Positions 12,601 through 24,600 of a DNA stretch of 64,000 bases are shown here, piece after piece. Numbering within the stretch: the stretch's first letter is position 1; every line of letters begins with the position of its first letter. Both the position numbers and the translations under genes were made by a program. The DNA lies in contig OZ004611.1 in NCBI GenBank assembly GCA_963924565.1, positions 27,342,001 through 27,406,000 of the forward strand, read 5' to 3'. The notes below the pieces were generated by a model that was given only the letters and a program-made list of their open reading frames with translations, searched no databases and had not been told where the DNA came from. This DNA is from Ascidiella aspersa. Taxonomy: Eukaryota.

Positions 12601-15600
12601 GAAAAGATCAAGGAGCTTCAACTCACGGTATGTGATTGACTTTAATTTAACTGAGTTTCCTTTATTTCAGCAGGGGTTCTTCAACTGGGTCCATAAACCC
12701 CTTGGGTGTATATTTGAAAAAGAGTCGATTTTTGAAGTGAGCTTAAGTCAAGTCATAGACTTAAGTCATTACAACACTTGTACCAAACTAAATAAATAGC
12801 GACTTGGGGTTATTGTGTCGCCCTATTGCATCCAACAGAGGTAAAATTAAAAAACAGGGTGCGTGAGAAATTTGAATTGGCAAGTTACCTGATAAACATA
12901 TGACGAAGGGTATACGTGTTATAACACACGAAACCATCCCTGTTTTAAATATAGACTTGTTTAAACAAAAATAGCAACTGTAGGCCACAATTGAATAATC
13001 AAAGTCCGCCGAACATAACAAGAACAATATGTTTACGCATCGCAGTTCCCCGTGTAGAGAAAAACTACCCCAAGGCTATTGCGGGTCTCTTTTGTGACAC
13101 TGTTTGTCACACTGGAAAAGTTTCCCGATTTACCTTGTCCTCGTGTTGACCCGATTCGTGCTGCCACGTCACACGTTTGTCATGTGTAACTTGGAACGAC
13201 TAACCGCATAGAAGCTGCGGTCCAGTTTTAAAAGCGACAGTAAAGGTTTCGGTCTTATTCAAGGTCGGTGGTCGTTAAAACGAATTCGGGCCCCCGCCTG
13301 GTTTTAAGAGAACTCCTGTGTATGACAGAGCAACTTGACAGACAGCGTCTCTCAAATTGAATAGAAGTTATTGCATCACTTGACTCAATTCGAACTCCCC
13401 AGCCAAAAAACACCGGGTGTTTTAATTGAACTTTGTGCTCAAGCTTCGTCGCCTATCAGGCCGTTTGTTTACACGCCCAAGGGAAAGGCGACTTTTTCGT
13501 CGCCTGTCGTGGGTTAGTAGATAGGAATTTGTAAATCATTTATTGGCGGAAGGCTAGACTTTTTTGCAGTGAATTCAAAAACACAATATAACACTTTAAT
13601 CCTTTCGAAAAAAATTAAAAAACGCAAAACAAAAGAAACACTTGCAAATATATGTTGCGACCCTTTCTATAGCCTCGGTGTTTGTCAGTAACCTTAAACA
13701 CATTGTTTCAGAACCTTTATGGGTTAAGACCCAAAATTATGTCGCCGTTTAATTTGGTTGGGTTGCCGACTGCAAAAGTTCTACATTGTTAGATTTATTG
13801 CGATTAGTTCTGGGCAAGATTTTTCCAAAATTGAAAAATATTTGGATGGTATTTAGGTCGGCGCTGAATAGATTAAAAACACACTGCTTTCAGGGCAACA
13901 ATCTGAAACCACGAAAATCGCGTGCAAAGTGGTATTTATCGTTGGAAATCAACATCAACTGCCAGCAAACACTATCCTGAGGGTTGCGGTAAATTGCCTG
14001 ACCTCAAAATGTACTGGACGTTATTGGTATCGTAAATTACAACCACAAGACAACTTAACCTCTTTTCTGAGCAAAGAGCCTTTTATCGGCGGTTAGATTG
14101 CTCGCAATTAACCTAGGTTGGCTGGCGAGCAAGCCAATACGTAGGGGATAAATCAAATGCGAACGTAGCGGCCTTCAGAATATCTCCACGCACTCGAGTT
14201 AAACAGGCGAAACCATTTTTTTTAGCAAACGCTTATCGGAAGCGGGTCAATTTATCGAGCATTCCTCGCGTGTTTCTCAGTGGATGCGTGCGACCGTCGA
14301 AGGTCATTGCCTGGATAGCCGACGGCGCCCACAGCTGCCGTGTTGACCCAGCAAACACAACCCCCGAGCCTCTATGTCACTGTTTCTTTGGAGCTGCGCA
14401 ACTGCACAATTCTGCAGCATTGCAAGGAAATTTGCCCAGTAAAGTTTACAGCCTTTGCACAATTAGTTTTTATTTGTGATGTAATGAGTCAATGACTCAA
14501 GTTAAGTGAACTTAAGTCACTGTTTTTAAATGACTTGACTTGACTTAAGTCACTTTTGTCTAATTATGAATTAATTGACTCAAGTCATTTTACCGAAATG
14601 AATTGAATTAAGTCACTGCTTTTAAATGAATGATCTTGAATAAGTCTTTTAGACACACGACTTAGGTTTAAATAAAGTGTTTTCTTTCAATATGTTTCAA
14701 TAAAGTTTAAAAAATTATCTTATTTTTTGTACGTAAAACAATATGATTGCTCTATTTTGCGTTTTTCTTATTTTTAGTCGAGTTTGTACTCATAAAAAAG
14801 AGTTTACCAGCTTATATAGTTTACCTTTTTTATGTCAATGTCATGACTTTAAGACTTAACTCGGCTGGTATTAAACTTGGGCAACTGATGACTCGACTGA
14901 GAGTTAACTTTCGACAACTTTTGCATTCAGGTGCGCGGCAAAGAGGAGGAACTGAGGATGCTTAACGCCTCCATAGATCAGGCCAACATGACCTGGGAGG
15001 AAAAGTACAAGGCGCTGCAGAAGGACGTCGAAAGCGAGCGTCGGAAAAACGAGAAGCTAATGCACTACGTCCAGGAGACTTTGCCCGCGCCCAGGTTTAA
15101 ACGCGTTCATTTTGTTGCGTTTGCACCCTATACAGGCAAACGTTTTACGGTTCGGCCCAGCGCAAAAAATGCGACGAATATATAGCTTGCATTAGTCATT
15201 CCCAAGCCGTTTAAGGTGGCGGCACAAAGATGTGAAAACAAAATTTGCGGCACACTTTAAAAAATATATCGCTGCACAGTTCGGTTAAGGGGAAAAATGC
15301 AAAAAAAAATGCGTTAACTTACACCAGTGGTGAATCGCGGCAACCCAATTTTAAAGTACATCATTGCATAACAATCCAATGCAATTAAAACTCATTCCTA
15401 TTGAACGGTATGGCAATAGCTAATTATTATAAAAAAAATTAGGTAAATAACTAATAGTGCGAATTAAAGTCTCGCTTGATTGTTAGTATAGAGAAATGTG
15501 TATAATCTTACCAAAAATTACACAACACTTGAGAATTTCTCGAGTCCTTGACTTATCGCGGCTAACTGTTTTCGAATCACTGGCTTAAACAGTCAACATT

Positions 15601-18600
15601 TTTTTTTAAAAAACTTTGTTTAATTTAACGAGCATTTAAATAGCAAATCCCGCTCCTTTTTGTTAAAATAACTGTTAGAATTCTAAGTAAAACGTGGGTA
15701 ACAATAAGTTTGTGGACGTTTTATTTGGTGTTTATCCATTTTAGATATTTAAAACACATGAAGGTTTGTAACAACGTTTGCGCAAAGTAATTGACTTTAT
15801 TTCTAGGCCTTGGCGATGGGTTTGATTATTAACTAGGCTATTGTAGAGTCTTGGTTATCTGAACGTACAGCTTAGTTTCCAGTAATATTTTTGGATTGCG
15901 TATAGTCAGTGATTTAATAGTTTTTCTAGCTTACCTTAAAAGATCTTGTTTAAAAACACAATACCACACATATCAAAATATGCGATATCTATACCCACCA
16001 CGAATCCCAGGGTGATTAGGTTTAATTTGTCTAACAACACAACGTTTCATAGCAAACAGTCCCTTATGACCACACTTTATCAACTTAGGCCAAGTCAGCA
16101 ACTAAATAGCATCACGCTTTCTAAATTTCGAGCCAATTTATCTGATACTTCAGACCTCAAAGCGTTGCGCTATCTCGTTTGACGGCATTAATCTACCCCA
16201 AATGGTAAACCGTTTAATATAAAAGGTTTTAAACACAAAGTGGAAATAAGTACTAAACGGTTGGTTGTGCTTTCAAAGTCAACAAAATGATGTCGCTTAC
16301 ACATTGCTGAAAATATGTCTGAGAAAACCAGAGTATGGCATTACGGCATTAGCTTTTTTTTGTGGATATTATTTTGCTAAAACACCTTTGCCGCATTTTT
16401 ACTATTTTTAGTGTTTTTTATGGAGACCCACGGTTTTAATATTTGCGAAATATAATGTCCATACTATACTGAAACGGGACACGACCTATCGTACACACCT
16501 CAGACAACACATACAATTTATTATTTTTGCAGCAAATCGTCGAAACGCATCGCCGTGCCGAAAAACCTCTCGTCCGGTGACGTCAGAATGACGTCACCAA
16601 GTCGCGAAGGGGCAAAAGTGTCGCAGGCCTCTAATTCGTCAACACCGCCTACCAAGAGAGAAGGATTGCGCGAATTTCGGCAGAAGGTAAACTTAAGTTA
16701 AAACATGCTTATTTATAAGATACGGTAACAAAGTGGAAATACGCAGATGGTTACCGCTTGGAGTGTTCTATAATTGCATACCTGGCATAGCCTACAGTTT
16801 GAGCTGTGATAAATGTCTTCACTTGTTAAAATACCTTTGCTGTTATAGGTAATTAGGCCTACCCTAAAACAGGGGTTCTTAAACACGTCTTTCGATCCCA
16901 TTTGACTATCACATTTTTTCAAACGAAGTACTTCTTGAAGTTTGTTTGTATTTTTTATTTTCTGAAGTTTGTATTTTGACGTCAATTTCTTGTCTACCGT
17001 GGTCCACGCGAAGCAAAAAAATAAATTAGGGATCCGCGTTAGAACAAGTTTAAGAAGCCTTAAAGTAAGCTTGATTCTCTTAATTACATACGGTACCTGG
17101 CTTGCAGTTTGAGCTGTGATTGTTTGCAGTGGTTAAAAGACGTTTGGCTGGTTTTCAAAAGTAGGCCATACTGGGTTTACCAAACCTTTTACATACCTTA
17201 AAATCTGATTTCCGCGTTTTAAGTGCTTTAGTTCAATTGCAAATTTGACGTCCACAGAAAATCGTCGCGAAAACCTACGAGAAAAACCCGGAAACAAGGC
17301 GAAAGCTGTTGAACGCCATCTCGGCAAGCAAATGCCTCCAGCAACTATCCTTGGATCTCAGGACGAAGATTGTCGATGTCATGAAAGTTAAAAAGATCGC
17401 TCGAGGTAAGAAAAAATATTGGTTTCACGCATTAAATAATTAATTTCATTAAGTTACATCTGTCTCTTTAATTTTATCTTTACAATGATACATTGTATTG
17501 TATCGTATATGGCTTGCTAAGAGGTGTATGTGCACGGTAAGCATATTGCAATATTTAAAACAGTCGCATAGAATAGAATGAAAATAAAAGGTTTACAAAG
17601 AAAACTTAGGCTAAATAATGACGTGCAATACGCTATTTTTCGGATTTAAAACTACATTGGTGCACAAATTATCGAAATTAATTAACAGAAATAAGAATAT
17701 AAAATTGCGCCTATACGAGCTGACATAATAATAAATGACTTTATCCTTAAAGACACGTTGTTGTTTGCATTTTTAAAAAATCACACTTTCATTTCTAAAG
17801 CATTGCTAAACATATTAGGTACCATTGAGATACACCTTAAATTCGTGTAATGTAAATCCATTTGCTTTCGGGCTTAACGCAGTTGCTTTCTCGCAGGAGA
17901 AAGACTAATGCAAGGCGGCACGTTGGGCCAGGCTTTCTACGTAATGGCGGAGGGTTCTTGTCGCCTTTACAAGACAGGGGAGGAATTGTCCCCTGACATC
18001 AGCAATATGACGGCTGGGGAAGCAGTCAGACCATGGACTGTCTTCGGCGAGGTTGACGTGTTTTATCACACCAGGAGGGTTTTCAACTGTCGCAGTGTAC
18101 AACCGGGAGTGGTAGGTTAAACACTTGTTTGTTTTTGTGCTTTTTACTAACCTGCAACACATGTGTAACAGTGCATCTTCACATAGAAATTTACAACCAT
18201 CAGTAGCCCTGTTGAACTATTTAAGTTACCTTGATAAGGCTATTTAGTAATTCAAAAATCTCCTAATTCCGGTAATAGATTTTGTAACAGAAATGATTTA
18301 GTTGAAATTAAAGGCAGAGAACAGAAGCGCTTTGCTATTGCTAAAATATAAGCTTAGCTCTATACTTGCTTCAATATTCAACCGATATTAGCGTTACTGC
18401 TAAACGTTTTGCTTGCGTTCGAAAAATTGAAGGGTTATAAGAATCATATCACAAACTTATCGCTGTTTATTTACGTACATAAAACGGAGTTGGTTTGTCG
18501 TACAAAAACTACAGTTTTATTACTATTCTATTAAATTTCTGTAAATGCACGTGAATAAAAATTTAAAATGGCAATATTTCGGCTTATACTTTTCATGAAG

Positions 18601-21600
18601 ACAGGATTTTGCACCATATTTCAAAATACAATCCAAAACAGAAATGACAGGCATATCACTGCTTATTTTCGTCTGCAGGTCTGGTACATTACCAGGGACG
18701 AATTTCGGTCGGTGGCTGTACAGCAAGACATCGGAAGAAGGAAGAAGGACGTCATTTACTTCCTTCGCTGTCTGAAGCTCTTCAAGAACGTCGACGTGGC
18801 TGCGCTGAAGAGGGCCGTTCACCAATGCAAGGTACGGTTGCTTAAAACCCTATTATAACTTATATGGGATTATGTTACTCTGAAAATAAGCCTCAATGGG
18901 ATACTGCCCTGGTTTGACAAAACAGAAAAATTAGAATAACAATGCATCGATCTTGGTTTATTGGAATTAGGTTTGAATCTCTGAGAACGGGTTTTGAAGT
19001 AAATGCATAACTACCAAATAAGATCTCGCTAACCATAAAAAGCTTCTGTTAATTATAATTGTTGATAAGAATTATAATTAACATAGAAGTTATTTTCGAT
19101 TAATATCATGCCTCATAGCAACAGTTTATATAAGTTCATTTTTTGATGAAGTTATTTTACTGTGGTTTGTCAAGACTGCTGTTTGTTCATAACTGGACGA
19201 ATAAACTAGCTTCCAGGAAAAACGTGAAGGTCGCTATTGTTTAAAACTGAGTACAACTTGAATACCGAGTGGGCCTCTTGATATTCAGCTATTTTAAGAA
19301 AAAACATTTGATGCAAAAACATAATTCGACCAATATTTACCTTAACTACAAAATCCAATGCCGCCACGCATTTGGCTATTTATGAAAAAGTGTATACACA
19401 CGAACGATTGTGTACTTGAGATTTTATTAACTTTAAATAAGTACTACTTCAGCAGGGCTAGTTTGCAGAATACACCTTTGTGGATTCCGTGGCTTGGTAC
19501 TGTTTTAAAATATTTTCTGTTAGATTGAAGCGCGATTTTAAAGGTGCCTAATAATTCCCAGGTTGAACATTTTTCGTCGGGAGATTACATCATCAGGCAG
19601 GATGACGTCATCAACCATATCTACGTCATCAAGGAGGGAGAAGTCGCAGTCACGAAGTAAGCGCACAATCCTTGCGATTCGTATTAATAACCTTAAATGT
19701 TTTTTTTTATTTTCGCACTGCGGGTTATTAACTGAATAACTTTTGCAGAATTCGATCTATTTGGTTAATATTTGTTTAAAGCTATATTTAACTTCTTCAA
19801 ATGATAAAATCAGGCGGCACCGTTGAAAGTCAAATTGTTATGAAACGTTTGGCCTTTTATTCTCAGTTTAAGCTTAATGTAATGAACTTTGCTTTTGGGG
19901 TAAGCTTGTCAATATTAAAACGCATATTGTCTGCCAGTCCTGACGCCTATTGTCAGCTTTACGGTTCAAGTTATTTTTACCAGCAAAGTACACTTAACTT
20001 GAAGCGCTGTGTCGAAATGCCTAACCACAGCTTTTTAACAGTTTTCATAAAATGACTTTGGTTTAAATTGCTATAACAGTGATGTTCAACAACTGTAGGC
20101 ACTTGGATGGGACCGAGTCGGTGGAGAAAGTGCTGAAAAGCGGACATGTTCTCGGCCAAAAAAGCAGCGGAAGGCATTACGCCAACAGCTACGTTGCGTC
20201 TGGAGACGACGTAAGATTTCTATGAACCTTTTAATCACGATGAAAAATTAGCTGGCAAAAAATTTCGGTATCGATCGCGGTGTTTTTTTTAATATGGAAC
20301 TTAAGTTGAAACATTTTAATTATAACCTTAACTTACAGCAGATTTCAGTCATACTTCTTGTGATGCAAACCCAGATAAAAAAACGGCAAGAAACAAAACA
20401 ATTTCGGCAATGCTAAAACCATGTCGACGTATTTACATAAAAATGATTTACACAAATACTTTAAAAAATTCTGTAAGTTTGCATTGTGTCTTGTAGTGCC
20501 GTAGAAATCCGATTTATTGCTTTATAGAACACACTGGGTTAATTTAAAAAAATAAATCGCTGTGTTTGTTCCGAAATCGTGACTGAAATTCCTATATTAA
20601 TTGAGTATCACAACTACAACTTTCCTAACAGTTCCGATCCGATATTATCGTACATCTCTAATCCTCACACGATAATTAAACGATATGAACCTCTCAACCA
20701 GATTGTCCAGTTCATTCTCCTGCCTAAATCAATATAGGTTACATTAAAAAAAATAAAAATAAGTTGTTAGTCCATCATAGCTTAAATTCCTATATTAATT
20801 TAGTAGCGGAAGTACAGACTTGCTATCAGTTCCGATCCGACATCCCTAATCACCACCTCACGACAATAAAACTGAATAAAACCTCTCGTCCAGATTGTCC
20901 AGTGTATTCTTCTGCCTTCCGACGAGATCGGACACGACCTCCTTCGCGGAGGATCCACCTCAGAACGCGTCACGGAAGACAACGTGATTAAAAACATCCG
21001 GATCCGGGACACGATTTCTACGGATGGAGCTGCAGGATCCAGTGGATCGAGCGGATACGGAAGCGCAAACAGTTTTCCGACTGAAAAACGCAAACCGCTG
21101 CGAACCGACTACGGGGAGAAACACGAGCAACAGTACAAGTCCATATCCGCGTAAGTATATACTCCATACTGTAGGTTGGTTAGTGTTGTTATGACTTAAG
21201 GCAATGACTTGATTGACCCAAGTCCATCTCCTCGTATGTCTTATACTGTAGGTTTGTTAGTTTTGTAATGACTTAATTTAAAATGACTTGATTAATTTAG
21301 GTTTATCTCCGCGTAAGAAGTATATACTGTAGGGGTGTCGGTGTTGTAATGACTTAAGTCAATGACTTGATTGAAGTCTACTTATTCTCTGACATCATCT
21401 TAGACAAAATCATGCCCAACCTCGTCCACGTGAACCAAAAATATTTTTGGGAAGTATGTGCTAAAAAATTATGAACCATTGTTCTATTTTATTTTATAGT
21501 AGGCTACAACAGAAGTTAATAACTGTTGATTGTATTAGCGAATTTCTCCAGTTTTATTTTCTTTAAAAATCAAACAACCACAGTCGGAACATATATTTTT

Positions 21601-24600
21601 TTTAAGACTCGCTTTGACCTTTAAATATAATTTAATTAAAATTGAAGTTATCTTGCAACTACCTGTTATGGCGATTTTAAAGTCTCAAGGTCACATATAT
21701 AGAGAATTTAATATGACTCTAGTGTAAATTTCAAACTGTCAGACTGTTAGTTGAACGCCCTCGCGACTCTAAATCTCATACCCCTTGAGTTCGTCACAAA
21801 AGATTGACAAGCTCTTAAAACAGCTTGGTATTGTCGCAACACCGTCTGAATATGCCCTTGTTAAACAAATTAATATTTGGTGAACAATAGCACGAAATAT
21901 GCGAGGTAAAATAAGCTATGGAGGTTTTTTTTACTATGTTACACCTATTTGTATATCAAGGTGACGCCTTTATGTTCCACATAGAGAAAAAATTCCGCGG
22001 TAAACTATGAATGCATACGTTTATAAAATCGTCCTGAAAATAAAACCAAGATATATACAGACATTAACACAGTATTTATTTCTGATTTACAATAGAAACT
22101 CTCTAATTTGCACAAGAGTCTTTAATGACATATTTCTGTGCTGCAGATCTCTGAAGGGCAAGGTACGCTCAAGTTTCAACTATATTTCAACGATTGGAAC
22201 CGGGGCTTTTGGATCTGTTGACCTTGTTTCCACCAAGACTGGGGACTACAACGTTTTCGCCATTAAGGTGGGTTGAAATTGCATTCGCGTAAAGTTTCCA
22301 TAATTTATTAACAAATAAGGAATTATAATGCTTTTTTTTATTTTCCTGCGTTTTACAAGGCTGTTTTTAACTTGTTTATTTCCCTTTTCTCGAATATGTT
22401 GTTTTCGTCATAGGCTGCACACACGTTAACAAACTACAATTGCAGCTAATTTGAGTAACTTAACAGCTGTAGTATAATAAATAGGATCTTATCATAAATG
22501 TACCGATAGCTAAGACATTTAAATTCTAGTTGACCAACCAAGGACCCCTTTATCGTGTCTCTATGGACTATCTTTTTTGCACAACTTAAAATAGTGTTAT
22601 ATTGATATTAGTCGTGACTTAGACACAGTGCGCTCAGTTTACAGTTTTAAAATCCGTAAGTATACATTTAGGTCACTGTTTTTTATGACTTGATTTAAAA
22701 CTTTGTGTAAATTGACTTGCTTTTGCAGTTTTTTTGACAAATAACTTGATTTGGACTTATATTTAATGAGTTAAATGACTTGGGTTGTATAGTTAATTGT
22801 TTTTCTTTAACATTTTATTACAAAATTGATTTATTTATCTTAAGCTTTAGTTATTTAACTAATGACTTGACTGGAACTAAAGTCATATTAAAATCATTTG
22901 TTTACATCCCTTGTGAACCCAAAACAGCAAACACTAGAACAGATACACAATAGTTGTACAGAAATCTAAAAAATTGGTTGTCATATTTGCAGCGTCTCTC
23001 AAAAGAGGAAATTACGGCGGCAGAGCTTCAGGATCAAGTACAAAGCGAGAGATTCCTTCAGATGAAATCGTCGCAACAATGTCCCTTCATCGTGTCACTC
23101 TACTCGACGTTCGACGATCAAAAGTAAGCGGAGTTACCGAAATAAATGCACGTTCTACCATGGAAAGCACAATTTGTTATCCACCCATTTTTTAACACAA
23201 TTTTTGATACAGCTTTAACATTTTTTTTCAATATTTTGATACTGTTTAATCAATTTTGTTTTCAATTTTTTAAAACAATTTTAACAATTTTGTTTTCAAT
23301 TTCTTGAAACAAATAATTTTTTTTCAATTCTTTTTTTTTTTTTTTTTTTCCAATTTTAAATTCACAAGGTTTAAATGGTTAGTCGGTGTGAAAAGTTCGC
23401 CTTAAATATTTGCCATCCGCTATAAAAAAAATGTAAAAACAGTTCGTTAAAGTTTCGAACAAATATATATTAATTTTATACCCTTTTTGAACAAACTTTA
23501 AAACGTCAAAATGCAACCTTTAAACAGCTATGCGCCAAGTGTGTGTTTTAATGGACATAATTATTAGTCGTACAAAGTCCACTCTATCTTACGTTTTAGC
23601 ATTAGTTTACCGTGACGTAAAAGTCCAAGATCTGGCGCGCATGTTGCGAAAGAAGCACGAATTTACAATAGAAATCAGTAACTTTGTCTGCAGAGAACAG
23701 ACTACGTGACCCCCTAATCACGTTACGTAACGAAATGCGTCACTTAACATTCCGTAGACTAACAGATAGTGTCAAAGTCCGCCGTTGGGGCGGGCGGGCA
23801 AAGCTAGAAATCGAGTTTGGCGTGTCCCCGAAAAAATTCCCCGACTAATTAATCGCGAAGGCCGTTTCGTCGAACGTGAATCATATGCTGTTTGCTCTGG
23901 GATAAAAGTGGGTTAAATAATAAAAGACCCACGCGATGAAATGATAGAACGCGACGAGGATTTATGTTGCACAACCAATCTTTCCATTAATCATATGTTA
24001 AATTAATCCTATGGCCTAAAGCTATAGCTATATTTTTTTTTTATCCATAATCATATACATGACAATTACCAATGGTATGTCACTCTTAAAATTGGTTCCA
24101 TGTCGAATTGAGGTTAAAAAGAACAAATAGGTCAAAATTTCTCAAAAAAAAAAATTATGCTATTTTCAAAGTGTGTGATGATTGACATGTCGCCGGAAAA
24201 CAATATTTTTTAGACTTAAGGCAAATTGCCGAGAATTCAAGGAATCCGTAACTGTGTCCATTTTCCGTTTCGCGGTGGTGTCGCAATCAGCCTGCAGAGT
24301 GACGCACCAAGTGTTTACATTGCGATAATACAAGAGGCCATTTTTGACTTTAAATTCGGCGATATTACAACATAGTTAATGGACCGGCCGGTGTGTTTTG
24401 GGGCTACGAATCGCCACTTATAGTTCTGCTCGGTCAACAGATGGCTGGTTGATTGTTCGCCCGCCCAAGGCGCTTGCTTGAGGTCCAAAGGAGCATTAAG
24501 CTCGCCTACTGTTTGCAGCAAATGTTAGATAAATTGGGGGCGCCATTTTTTTGCACAACTTGGTCGTTCATATACAAACAACTTTGATGTCTTTCAAAGA

